A stretch of DNA of 64,000 bases, from the NCBI GenBank assembly GCA_964414145.1, contig CAYPVH010000001.1, positions 156,851 through 220,850 on the forward strand. The letters are read 5' to 3'. The translations under genes were made by a program, and so were the position numbers. Positions within the stretch are counted from its first letter, which is position 1. Every line of letters begins with the position of its first letter. This document shows positions 52,369 through 61,297 of this stretch, in pieces. The notes under the pieces are model-generated. The model saw only the letters and a list, made by a program, of their open reading frames with translations, made no database searches and was not told the origin of the DNA. This DNA is from an uncultured Gammaproteobacteria bacterium (GTDB lineage Bacteria; Patescibacteriota; Microgenomatia; UBA1406).

Positions 52369-52895
52369 AAAATAAAAATGCCTTAATTCTTCAGTCTTGG
52401 TTTAGTACTCCTAAAGGCAATTGGTATCCATGGTTAAAAAAAGAACTGGAAAAGAAGGGTTACCAAGTAAGTTTACCCGATTTACCCACTATTCGTACTA
52501 ATTTACCCAACCTGCAGCAAATGCTAACAGCTACAATCCCATTGATTAATAGCGAAACGGTAGTTATTGGTCACAGTTTGGGCAACTTGGTAGGTTTACG
52601 GTTGGCTGAAAAAAGAGCATATAAAAAATTAATACAGGTTGCCGGCTGGGATTTTGATGATCTGGTCGAAGAACATAAACTGTTTTGGAAGAATAAAATT
52701 AATCATGACGTAATCAGAAATAATGTTAATGAAATTGTTTGTATTAGTTCAGATAACGACCCATATGTAACCGCTTTTCAGGTAGAACAAATGGCAAAGC
52801 GGTTAAATGGAAAATTTATACTAATCAAAAACGGCGGCCATTTTGGCAAAGTGGAGAATTGTAAAAAAATTCCTCAGTTACTGGATTTGGTTTAA
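52365..52895 (+). CDS. YdeN/RBBP9-type serine hydrolase
   Basis: 176 aa with GHSLG, SDNDPYV and GGHF. The ATGA start-stop overlaps metG. Confidence 0.7.
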   Translation: MKNKNALILQSWFSTPKGNWYPWLKKELEKKGYQVSLPDLPTIRTNLPNLQQMLTATIPLINSETVVIGHSLGNLVGLRLAEKRAYKKLIQVAGWDFDDLVEEHKLFWKNKINHDVIRNNVNEIVCISSDNDPYVTAFQVEQMAKRLNGKFILIKNGGHFGKVENCKKIPQLLDLV

Positions 52896-52900
52896 AAAAC

Positions 52901-53560
52901 TTAATATCGTTCCTCTCTAAACTCAATTTTACTGCCTTCAAGTACCAAGTACTGGGCAAGCCCGTGCCGAATAAAACCACTGTTTAAGTATTTGTTTTCG
53001 GGCAAGTATCGCGCTCTATGGGTATGGCCGCACACCAGCACTTCGTTTTCGTTTAAATGTTTAACTACATATTTTTCGGCTCGGTCACTAAACTTTTTAT
53101 AAAGTGAGTGCTGAAAAATAAATTTGCCAAACAGTCTGTAGGCTAAGTATTCAAAAACGCTATGAACTCTGTTGGCAAAAACTAGCAAAGCACGAGTAGG
53201 AAAAAGTTTTTCTAGGCTCTCTACTACCTTGTGACCGTGTTCAATTATGTATATTCTAGGATTGGCATTAATTTTGTAGTTTTCCATTTGTTTTACCGAA
53301 AACAAATTCACTCTCTTGTCTGTCATGCTTTTCCGGTCGTGGTTGCCGTAAATGTAAATTGTGTTTTTTGAAATAAGCAAAGGAAATAGTTTTTGCCAGT
53401 CCGAATTTACAAAGCGATTAAAAGTAGTTGAAAACCCATCCCAAAAATCACCATTTACAATAACTTGGTCGGCATTACTAACAATGCGTTTTAACAGCTC
53501 ATATTTTTTTGGCTCAAATCTGGCGGTTAAATGAGAATCGGAAAAAATTAGCGTTTTCAT
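52901..53560 (-). CDS. metallophosphoesterase
   Basis: 219 aa with FSDSHL, NGDFWD, GNHD, EHGH and GHTH. Confidence 0.8.
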   Translation of the reverse strand: MKTLIFSDSHLTARFEPKKYELLKRIVSNADQVIVNGDFWDGFSTTFNRFVNSDWQKLFPLLISKNTIYIYGNHDRKSMTDKRVNLFSVKQMENYKINANPRIYIIEHGHKVVESLEKLFPTRALLVFANRVHSVFEYLAYRLFGKFIFQHSLYKKFSDRAEKYVVKHLNENEVLVCGHTHRARYLPENKYLNSGFIRHGLAQYLVLEGSKIEFREERY

Positions 53561-53639
53561 AAGTTAAGTAAAAAACATTTTACCTATTTTAGTCAAATGA
53601 ATGTAAGAGAATAAGTAAGGTATGTATTATAATTAACAA

Positions 53640-54827
53640 ATGATTTTAAATAATTCTTCTTTCTTAAACAGAAACATAAAGCTTTTCTACGTATCAAAAT
53701 TTTTACTGGGACTAAGATTCATTGCTCCTGTTTGGGTGCTTTTTTTTAGCCGTTATATTACCTTTGCCCAGATTGGATACCTAGAAGTGATTGGCTTGCT
53801 TTCAACAGCTATTTTAGAACTACCAAGTGGTGTTTTTGCCGATCTTGTTGGCCGAAAATATTCTGTAGCCTTGGGTAATTTAATTGCAGCTGTGGGTTTG
53901 GTTATAATTGGTTTTTCCCAAACTTTTGGGGCTTTTTTACTTGGGTATATTATTAACTCGGTTGGTTGTGCCTTTGTTTCCGGTTCAGATAGCGCCCTAA
54001 TCTATGACACACTTAAACAATTTAATAAAGAAAATATATATTCAAAAATTGCCGGTAAAGGCGAAACCTTATTTCGCTTAGCGGTGGTTGTGGCTATGGT
54101 TGTAGGGCAATTTATGTACAAAATGGCCTTTGGCTTACCTTATATTGCCCTTGGCGTAACAACTTTGTTTTCAGCGCTTCTATATTTCTTTATGTCTGAG
54201 CCAAATATTGATTCAGAAATATTCACCTTTAAAAACTATATTAGGCAGTTTGTACTGGGTGCAAAAGAAGCTTTTAAAAATAGCAAAACCAGACTGGTTT
54301 CTTATTATTTTATTTTCTTTGCTTCTGTAGAAATTATTTTACTTTGGTTCTATTATGCCTCTTATTTAAGCTGGTTAGGGTATGGAGAAAATAATATTGG
54401 TTATATTTATGCCGCAATTGCTTTTACACGAATGCTGGTTTCATATAAATCTCAGGACATAGAAAACAAGATAACTTTGGGTAAACTAACAATGTACTTA
54501 CCCCTTGTTTTGGGGCTGTCTTTGTTAATATCGGGTATTCAGAACATTTATATAGGTAGCGCGATGCTTTTTATTCATTACTCTCTTTTTGCTCTTCGAT
54601 ATACGGTGCTTGAAAAGTTAATTAATTTGCAATTTGTATCTAAGTATCGGGCCAGTGCCATTTCAACACTCAACATGATAGTTAGTTTTACTTATGCCGT
54701 AGTAATTTTTATGGGCGGTTTCTTTATAGATTTGGGTAATGTTGGAATAGTTTTGCCAATTTTAGGTTTGGTTTTAATCATCACCAATCTACCTCTTGGG
54801 TACTTGTTTAGGAAGTCCGAAGAATAA
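53640..54827 (+). CDS. MFS transporter
   Basis: 395 aa with about 12 TM segments and the loop motif FADLVGRK. Confidence 0.8.
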   Translation: MILNNSSFLNRNIKLFYVSKFLLGLRFIAPVWVLFFSRYITFAQIGYLEVIGLLSTAILELPSGVFADLVGRKYSVALGNLIAAVGLVIIGFSQTFGAFLLGYIINSVGCAFVSGSDSALIYDTLKQFNKENIYSKIAGKGETLFRLAVVVAMVVGQFMYKMAFGLPYIALGVTTLFSALLYFFMSEPNIDSEIFTFKNYIRQFVLGAKEAFKNSKTRLVSYYFIFFASVEIILLWFYYASYLSWLGYGENNIGYIYAAIAFTRMLVSYKSQDIENKITLGKLTMYLPLVLGLSLLISGIQNIYIGSAMLFIHYSLFALRYTVLEKLINLQFVSKYRASAISTLNMIVSFTYAVVIFMGGFFIDLGNVGIVLPILGLVLIITNLPLGYLFRKSEE

Positions 54828-54852
54828 AGAAATAGTCATCCTCGAGGGAGCG

Positions 54853-54934
54853 AAGTTTAGAGTTAATAAATAAGAAATCAGTTTCTAGAAAGCAGGAAAA
54901 TGGTAGTAGAAATAAGAAAATAGAAAGTGGATTC
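54853..54934. repeat. about 82-bp direct repeat, copy A (upstream of the glycoside-hydrolase gene)
   Basis: Hand alignment to 56366-56445 gives about 10 mismatches and 2 single-base gaps. Confidence 0.75.
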
Positions 54935-55231
54935 TTAGTTTTGGTTTTTTATTCAAGCTTCTGAATTTATTCAAAATTAATAATTCGAAATTCCAAATTT
55001 AGATATTGTAATTTGATATTGTTTGCTTTCCGATTCTGAGGGTCCGTCTCTCGTATTCCGCAAGCTGGAGTACCAATATGACATATTCACCCGCCGTTAG
55101 AGGCGGGAACAATGTAGCAATGAAACAGTGAAACACCTAAGCATTTTCCTAGCTATTATTTAGTAAATTGATAACTAAGCTTATCCCTATATTCCTATCA
55201 TGTTTGTTATTTGTTTTTTGGAATTTGTTTG

Positions 55232-55248
55232 CCCTCCGATTCGGAGGG
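55232..55248. repeat. perfect 7-bp-stem hairpin CCCTCCG-ATT-CGGAGGG
   Basis: Read directly from the sequence. It lies inside the dubious N-terminal extension of ORF 55168. Confidence 0.7.
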
Positions 55249-55329
55249 TTTGGAGATTGTTTTTTGTTATTTGGAATTTATTTCTGGATCCTAATTTTTG
55301 ATTTAGTTTTTAACTATAATTGTACTTAT

Positions 55330-56199
55330 ATGTTACTTGGCACAACTTTTTCTCATTTATACATAAAAGACTATTTTAAATTGCCCGTTATTAAGTCATT
55401 TAAAGAGCTGTTAACTTTAAATTTAAATGTTGTTCGGCTTTGTTGCTATTTTAGTGAGATTAATTTTATAGAAAATGATTATAACTTTAGCAATATAGAA
55501 AAACTGCTTGAAGAGGCAGAAAAAAAGGAGCAGAAAATATTGTTAACGGTGGGAATGAAAGCGCCCAGGTGGCCTGAATTCCATATTCCACAACACTTGC
55601 GAAACGCGTCTGTGGCAAAAATTGAAGAAGCAACTCTGCAATTTACAGATAAGTGTATTAATAAACTACGTAGTTATAACTGTATAAAGTGGTGGCAAGT
55701 AGAAAACGAACCGCTAGATCAAAGCGGTCCTCGTAACAAAAAAATATCTTTGCAATTTTTAAAAAAAGAAGTGATGTTGGTTAAAAGTTTAGAAAAGGCG
55801 AGACCGGTGGTAGTTAGCTTATGGGGTAATAGTTTAAGTCAACGAAAATTGTTTCCGGTTGTAGAAGACTTGGCAGACATTGTAGGGTTAGATCTATATT
55901 TTAAAATTCCCACAAAAAAGATAGGTTTATATAAGGGGCCAACAGACACAGATAAGGCTATAAAAAAAATGATCCAGAATTCTAAAAAACCTGTTTGGCT
56001 TACAGAATTACAGGCAAACCCCTGGAAGCGCTATTCCGGCGGTACTCATTTATCTATGTTTAAAGAAAATTTTATACGGGCAAAAAAACTGAAACCAAAA
56101 GCAATTTTATTATGGAGTAGCGAATATTGGCTGGCTTTGAAAAACAGGGGAGATAGTACAATTTGGAATGAAGTAAAGACTTTAGGGTCATCCGCTTAG
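55330..56199 (+). CDS. clan GH-A-like TIM-barrel glycoside hydrolase (family not assigned)
   Basis: WWQVENEP is a candidate acid/base motif and VWLTELQ a candidate nucleophile motif. The ATG at 55330 lies 9 nt after TATAAT 55315-55320. The ORF-track start at 55168 runs through repeat and hairpin sequence. The last 4 codons come from a hairpin module. Confidence 0.55.
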   Translation: MLLGTTFSHLYIKDYFKLPVIKSFKELLTLNLNVVRLCCYFSEINFIENDYNFSNIEKLLEEAEKKEQKILLTVGMKAPRWPEFHIPQHLRNASVAKIEEATLQFTDKCINKLRSYNCIKWWQVENEPLDQSGPRNKKISLQFLKKEVMLVKSLEKARPVVVSLWGNSLSQRKLFPVVEDLADIVGLDLYFKIPTKKIGLYKGPTDTDKAIKKMIQNSKKPVWLTELQANPWKRYSGGTHLSMFKENFIRAKKLKPKAILLWSSEYWLALKNRGDSTIWNEVKTLGSSA

Positions 56200-56233
56200 G
56201 GAGTCCGCCTAAGGCGGGCGACCGAAGGATCTC
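56187..56233. repeat. GTCATCC...GGATCTC hairpin module
   Basis: Outer ATCC/GGAT stem with an inner CCGCC-TAA-GGCGG stem. Overlaps the GH stop codon. Confidence 0.6.
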
Positions 56234-56316
56234 AAGTAAAGTTTATAGTTTAAAGTTAAAAGTCAAAAGTTAAAAAATTACAAAACTTGCCTTTCTGCCC
56301 AAGTAACCTGTTCCAT

Positions 56317-56341
56317 GTCATTCTGAACGTAGTGAAGAATC
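56317..56341. repeat. GTCATTCT...AGAATC hairpin module
   Basis: GTCATTCTGAACGTAGTGAAGAATC. Confidence 0.6.
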
Positions 56342-56365
56342 CCATGACAGAAAATTTAGAATTTA

Positions 56366-56445
56366 AAGTTTAGAGTAAAAAATAAGAAATCAGTTTCTAG
56401 AAATTAGAAGATGGTAATAGAAATAAGAAAGTAGAGAATAGATTC
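56366..56445. repeat. about 80-bp direct repeat, copy B (downstream of the glycoside-hydrolase gene)
   Basis: See copy A at 54853-54934. Confidence 0.75.
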
Positions 56446-56464
56446 CTGCTTCCGCAGGAATGAC
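56441..56464. repeat. ATTCCTGC-TTCC-GCAGGAAT hairpin module (inverted orientation, ends in GTCAT complement)
   Basis: GATTCCTGCTTCCGCAGGAATGAC. Confidence 0.65.
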
Positions 56465-56536
56465 CCCACTTCGTCAGCCTGCTTGGCGGACTTCGAGGTG
56501 CAGGCAGGAAAAGAGCAAGAATAACATCTCTTTTTA

Positions 56537-56593
56537 ATTCCCGGCTTGACAGGGAATCTTGGTTTTTGTCATTCCGTGTTCAACACGGAATCT
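56537..56593. repeat. two adjacent ATTCC...GGAAT hairpin modules
   Basis: ATTCCCGGCTTGACAGGGAATC at 56537-56558 and GTCATTCCGTGTTCAACACGGAATCT at 56568-56593. Confidence 0.65.
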
Positions 56594-56600
56594 AGTTTTG

Positions 56601-58046
56601 CTAATTTCTTATCTTATAAATATCCAGCCAAGTGTTTGAACTATTACTATTCACTTTTAAAAGTTTTTTCTTTTTTAAAAAAGAGTATAGCTTAGCCTTA
56701 TTTACATTACCCACTGAAAGGGGCGAAATTGTTTGCCCTTCATACTGAAAATAGGGGAAGGTGATAGCTTGTTTGGTTATTAGCACTGTTTGGTTATTGG
56801 CTAGGGCGTTATTAATCTTTATTATTGTGTTTTTGTTGGCTTTATCATTGTCTAGTATTACAGCATAATTTTTATTAAGAATATTTTCATATTCCAGTTG
56901 CGGTCGTTGATAGTCAGAAATAATTATCAGCTTGGCATCTGCTTTAATTTGCTCATACTCTATTAATTTAGACTGTGTTTTTGGTACTGGTGTTTTTTTA
57001 TATGCAGCTACTGCAGGATAAAAGAAGATTAAAGTTGCCAGCATAACGGCAAAATAAAGTTTACGGGGTTTTATATAGGCAAATAATATGGCAAAAATGT
57101 AGGCGGCAAAATTGTTATACCTACCCATAAAGCCACCATACCAAAACTTTCCGGTTAAATAAAAAGGTAAAAGCAGAAAAGCTAAAATGAATAATTCTTT
57201 GTACTTTTTCTTATAGATAAAATAAACCAAACTGCCAACTACCACTAAAATTAAGTAAGGCGAGTAACCGTAGTAAGCAATATAAAGCGAATTTCTCAGC
57301 ACTCGTATAATATCCACTAAAGACCAGCTCAAAAGTACCTTAGTGCCAAAACCCGAAAACAATTCTGCCACACCTTTAGCCGTTGCCAAGCTAAAGATTT
57401 GGTTAAATAGAATAGTTAGTAAATACGCCACTGTTGCTGCACTAAACACAAGTAATGCAACTACTATTATATTTCTAGCAACTTGTTTTCTAGGGCTTTT
57501 TAAAAGTGTTACAGCCAAAAAAACCGGAGCCCAAATAAGCATGCCTAAAAAATTGAAAAAAGTTAATAAAAGTGCAGTTAGGCTTAGTAATAAAAAGCGC
57601 AAGCGATTTTTTCTTAAGTATAACAGCCAAAACAACAACCCCAAAATTAATAAAAAGTGGTCAAGCGCTTCATGCATAACGTTGGTTTGAACTAACCATG
57701 AGTGAAAAAAAACAACAAGGGGAAAGAGCGAAAATACAGCCACTTCTTTATTAAATAAATTCTTAACAATAAGGTAAAAAGCAATAAAGGTAAGCAAGCC
57801 AAATACAGCCGAAAGGGCGCTTAACATAACGGGGGCACCTTTAGTTAAGACCAGCAAAAATATATAAATTGGGTGTGTGGGTAAATGACTATTTTGAAAA
57901 GCTATTTCCAAATTTATAGATTGTGCCAAATTTACATATTCGGGAGAGTCAAAAAAATGGGGGTAGTTGGCTAAAAATAAAAAACGACTGGCAATAAACA
58001 ATAGTACCGCAACTACCAGTAAGTAGCTAACGTGTTTATTACTCAT
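56601..58046 (-). CDS. polytopic membrane protein, putative GT-C-fold (ArnT/PMT-like) glycosyltransferase
   Basis: 481 aa with more than 10 TM segments, a first-loop acidic motif FFDSPEY, and a soluble C-terminal domain. Confidence 0.5.
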   Translation of the reverse strand: MSNKHVSYLLVVAVLLFIASRFLFLANYPHFFDSPEYVNLAQSINLEIAFQNSHLPTHPIYIFLLVLTKGAPVMLSALSAVFGLLTFIAFYLIVKNLFNKEVAVFSLFPLVVFFHSWLVQTNVMHEALDHFLLILGLLFWLLYLRKNRLRFLLLSLTALLLTFFNFLGMLIWAPVFLAVTLLKSPRKQVARNIIVVALLVFSAATVAYLLTILFNQIFSLATAKGVAELFSGFGTKVLLSWSLVDIIRVLRNSLYIAYYGYSPYLILVVVGSLVYFIYKKKYKELFILAFLLLPFYLTGKFWYGGFMGRYNNFAAYIFAILFAYIKPRKLYFAVMLATLIFFYPAVAAYKKTPVPKTQSKLIEYEQIKADAKLIIISDYQRPQLEYENILNKNYAVILDNDKANKNTIIKINNALANNQTVLITKQAITFPYFQYEGQTISPLSVGNVNKAKLYSFLKKKKLLKVNSNSSNTWLDIYKIRN

Positions 58047-58054
58047 TCACCTGT

Positions 58055-58411
58055 TTAAAACCCCAGTTGTTCTTTAATAATTAACCAAATTTTTTTAAGG
58101 TTAGATGCATTTTGGTACTCAATATATTTTTTCTTTTTAAAAGAGTCTTTGGTGCCAGGAAGTGGTGGATCTATCCATGTTGAAATAATAACCCACTCAT
58201 TTCTGTCGTTTTTGGTGGCAATAACAGTAACGGTTTCGCTTCCAAATCTTTTTTTGTATTCATAAGTTCCTGCTTTATTTCCTTGTTGTTGAAAGTCGGG
58301 GGAATAAAAAGCTTGCCTGGCTTTTTCTTGGCTAAATTCCCTCTCTTTTAGTCTGGCAAGGGCGTGATTAGTCCAAATTACACCGCCATATGTTGAAGAA
58401 TAGTACATCAT
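58055..58411 (-). CDS. small DUF4258-like protein
   Basis: WTNHALARLKEREFS resembles the DUF4258 core. ATGATG lies at 58411/58408, 4 and 7 nt after TATAAT (plus 58416-58421). The ORF-track TTG at 58444 is rejected. Confidence 0.45.
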   Translation of the reverse strand: MMYYSSTYGGVIWTNHALARLKEREFSQEKARQAFYSPDFQQQGNKAGTYEYKKRFGSETVTVIATKNDRNEWVIISTWIDPPLPGTKDSFKKKKYIEYQNASNLKKIWLIIKEQLGF

Positions 58412-58437
58412 ATGTATTATATTACTTAAAAAAATAC

Positions 58438-58467
58438 TTGACAAATTAGCAGACCAGTGTGTATACT
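58438..58467 (+). promoter_or_regulatory. promoter of hsp20
   Basis: TTGACA 58438-58443, 18-nt spacer, TATACT 58462-58467. The leader has GAGAGGAG at 58477-58484. Confidence 0.6.
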
Positions 58468-58498
58468 GCTAAGCAAGAGAGGAGATGAGAATAAGAAT

Positions 58499-58918
58499 AT
58501 GCCAATTGTTAGATTTGACCCTTTCAGGTCGTTCATGCGCCCTACAATGTGGGATGAGGAATGGCCCGAACTCACTATTTCCAAAGGCCTTAATGTTTAT
58601 GAGGAAGACAATAAGGTTATTGTTGAAGCCGCGGTGCCAGGTATCTCCGAAGACAACATAGATATTATCTATGAAGACGGAGTTTTAACAATTTCCGCCA
58701 GAGAAGAAAAAAAAGAAGAAGAAAAAAAGAAAAACCGCGTTGTTCATCGGGAAGAAAGAGTTACTTCATTTAGTTACACCACCTATTTACCAAGGGCCGT
58801 AGAGGCAGGTAAAATAGACGCAACCGTAGACAATGGCGTGCTCAAGGTAACCGCTCCGGTTACAGAGGCAGCCAAAGCCAAGAAAATTCCTGTAAAAGCA
58901 GGATTAAAAAAGAAGTAA
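58499..58918 (+). CDS. Hsp20/alpha-crystallin small heat-shock protein
   Basis: 139 aa with an alpha-crystallin domain (VIVEAAVPGISEDNIDIIYEDGVLTISA ... ATVDNGVLKVTAP). The ATG at 58499 is preferred over the ORF-track GTG at 58457, which lies inside the promoter. Confidence 0.9.
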   Translation: MPIVRFDPFRSFMRPTMWDEEWPELTISKGLNVYEEDNKVIVEAAVPGISEDNIDIIYEDGVLTISAREEKKEEEKKKNRVVHREERVTSFSYTTYLPRAVEAGKIDATVDNGVLKVTAPVTEAAKAKKIPVKAGLKKK

Positions 58919-58946
58919 TTCTACGTTTTTTCTAAGAAGCCATTTA

Positions 58947-58975
58947 CTTGGGCTCTTTGAAAAAAAGAGCCCAAG
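58947..58975 (+). terminator. perfect 12-bp hairpin after hsp20
   Basis: CTTGGGCTCTTT-GAAAA-AAAGAGCCCAAG. There is no clear downstream T-run, so terminator function is uncertain. Confidence 0.4.
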
Positions 58976-59028
58976 AATGGTTCCAGTGTTTTTGAGAAGT
59001 ATTATATTTGTTCTGTTATAATTTTATT

Positions 59029-59223
59029 ATGCAATGCCCGTTGTGTCGAGCAAAGATGGAAGAGGGTTATATAGACAGGAGTATTTGGATTAGCGGCAAA
59101 TATAATCCAGTAATAAAAATTGCCTCAAGTATGGCAATGTGGCCACTTAGAAGAAAGACTGAATACGTTATAGCATGGAAATGCTCAAAATGTAATAAAA
59201 TTGAATTAATGGCTTCTGAGTAA
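59029..59223 (+). CDS. small zinc-ribbon protein
   Basis: 64 aa with CPLC ... CSKC. The ATG at 59029 lies 6 nt after TATAAT 59017-59022. Confidence 0.5.
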   Translation: MQCPLCRAKMEEGYIDRSIWISGKYNPVIKIASSMAMWPLRRKTEYVIAWKCSKCNKIELMASE

Positions 59224-59402
59224 ATTTTTTATTTTATTTGGTTCAGGTATATAAGGATTAATTTATTTGTCGTATTTTAATTTAGGTACCAACTCTGTTG
59301 TTTTTGATGTTCTATCTATTACTATGCTTGGTACTGGCACCTATTTTTTTTCTAAAATAGAGGTATAGAATTTATTAATAATAACTTAGATATAATATTT
59401 TT

Positions 59403-59837
59403 ATGAATTGTCAGTTTTTAGACACAGAAATAGATCTTGTTTTAAAGCAAGAATTTACTTCGGTAAAAAAACATTTTGAATCAATTATTAAAGAAAACAA
59501 GCTGAATAATGCCAATTTGGTATGTTTTGTACCCCACGAAGTTTCTTCCTTAATCCAAATTGGCTGGGAAGACGGTTTGCTGGACGACCTGAAAGATTTT
59601 CTAATAGATGTGGCGCCACAAGGCAAGTACACAAAACATGACGAGCCCGGAACTCCTTTTCGGCATAATTTTTATGAACACATTAGAGCAAAACTGGTTG
59701 GCAGTATTTCTATAACTTTAGTTGTAAAAAGCAAAAAACTTTATTTAGGGAAATACCAAGACATATATTTTTATAGTCCGGTATATAAAAATATTCCCAA
59801 CCAAAAAATATTTTGCAGAATTGTAAAATTTGATTAA
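59403..59837 (+). CDS. YjbQ/UPF0047-family protein (secondary thiamine-phosphate synthase-like)
   Basis: 144 aa. The pattern VPHEVSSLIQIGWED ... HNFYEHIRAKLVGSS ... LYLGKYQDIYF parallels the YjbQ signature. Confidence 0.75.
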   Translation: MNCQFLDTEIDLVLKQEFTSVKKHFESIIKENKLNNANLVCFVPHEVSSLIQIGWEDGLLDDLKDFLIDVAPQGKYTKHDEPGTPFRHNFYEHIRAKLVGSISITLVVKSKKLYLGKYQDIYFYSPVYKNIPNQKIFCRIVKFD

Positions 59838-59843
59838 TCTATT

Positions 59844-60470
59844 ATGAAATTCTATTTATCTTCTTTTAAGCTGGGTAGCCAAGAGGCGGTAGAGAAGTTA
59901 AAAAAACTTATACCGCCAAATAAAAACACCGCCTTTATTCCAAACGCTCTAGACTTTTCAACAGACTTGGTAAGGCGTGCCGAAAGTGAAGCGGCCGACA
60001 TCCAAGACTTAAAAAGCATTGGTTTAAAAGTAACAAGGCTGGATCTTAAAGATTATTTTGGTAAAGAAGAACAACTAAAAAATGAACTAAAAAAGTTTGG
60101 AGTAATATGGGTTAGGGGTGGGAATGTGTTTGTTCTGCGCCAAGCTTTCAAATTAAGTGGCCTAGACAAAATAATAGTTACAATGAATAAAGGGAAAAGC
60201 AATATTTTGTATGGTGGCTATAGCGCTGGCGTTTGTATTTTGGCGCCAAATTTGCGGGGTTTAGAACTGGTAGACAACGCCAATATTTTCCCCTACGGCC
60301 AAATTAACCATACAATTTGGGAAGGTTTAAATATTATTAATTATGCCATTGTGCCGCACTACAGGTCTAATCACCCCGAATCAACATTGGTTGAAAAAGT
60401 GGTTGAAAGATATAAAAAAGAAAATAGGCAGTTTAAAGCTCTACATGACGGCGAGGTTATTCTTGTTTAA
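59844..60470 (+). CDS. peptidase S51 / type-1 glutamine-amidotransferase-like protein
   Basis: 208 aa with VRGGNVFVL, GYSAG (nucleophile) and VPHY. Confidence 0.75.
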   Translation: MKFYLSSFKLGSQEAVEKLKKLIPPNKNTAFIPNALDFSTDLVRRAESEAADIQDLKSIGLKVTRLDLKDYFGKEEQLKNELKKFGVIWVRGGNVFVLRQAFKLSGLDKIIVTMNKGKSNILYGGYSAGVCILAPNLRGLELVDNANIFPYGQINHTIWEGLNIINYAIVPHYRSNHPESTLVEKVVERYKKENRQFKALHDGEVILV

Positions 60471-60472
60471 CC

Positions 60473-61297
60473 ATGGTTACTTCAAATTGTTTGTGCCAAA
60501 GAATCGCGGTAAATTTTAAACAAACAATTATTTATAAAAATGAAACCGTTTTTAAAGCATATGAAGGCACTGTAATTGGGCAGTGCACCAACTGTGGGCT
60601 TTTAAAAACTTTCCCGACAAAAAACAACAAATCATTTAACCCCCAAGTTAGCCGAACCGGTTTTTATAAGTCAGAAGAAAAGCAACTAACAAAATTATTT
60701 TACCCCGTTGTAAACAAGATAAATAAATTTAAAAATAAGGGGGCGGTGCTAGACGTTGGCTGCTCATCTGGTCTTTTACTCTCATTACTACAGAAAAAGG
60801 GGTACTCTGTTTCAGGAATTGAGCCAAATAAAAAAGCCCAACAGCAAGCAAAAAAACGAATCGGGAACAACATATTCTTGGGCACGCTTAGCCAGTTTAG
60901 CAAAGGCAATAGAACTAAATTTGACTACATTATTTATAACCATGTACTTGAACACATTGAAGCAGTTAACGAAGAGTTTAGCTTAATTAAAAAACATTTA
61001 AAAAAAGGTGGAATTTTGGTTATCGGCGTACCAAACACCAATAATATAATTTTTAAAATTCGGCAAAAATACTGGGAATCGTTAATGCCCAACGAACATA
61101 TTTGGCACTTTAGCGACAAGTATTTAATAAACTACTTAAAAAATAATAATTTTCGTGTTCAAGACGTTAGTTATTACAACGACCGTCGTCAAGATTACCC
61201 ATTTTTAAAGCGAATTTATTTTATGTTTCTGGGATTAATAAATAAATTAATGGGTACAGGTGAGGCGGTTTTGATTGTCGCCGGAGTAAATAATTAA
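60473..61297 (+). CDS. class I SAM-dependent methyltransferase with N-terminal Cys pairs
   Basis: 274 aa with motif I VLDVGCSSG and motif II-III context (YIIYNHVLEH). Confidence 0.85.
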   Translation: MVTSNCLCQRIAVNFKQTIIYKNETVFKAYEGTVIGQCTNCGLLKTFPTKNNKSFNPQVSRTGFYKSEEKQLTKLFYPVVNKINKFKNKGAVLDVGCSSGLLLSLLQKKGYSVSGIEPNKKAQQQAKKRIGNNIFLGTLSQFSKGNRTKFDYIIYNHVLEHIEAVNEEFSLIKKHLKKGGILVIGVPNTNNIIFKIRQKYWESLMPNEHIWHFSDKYLINYLKNNNFRVQDVSYYNDRRQDYPFLKRIYFMFLGLINKLMGTGEAVLIVAGVNN

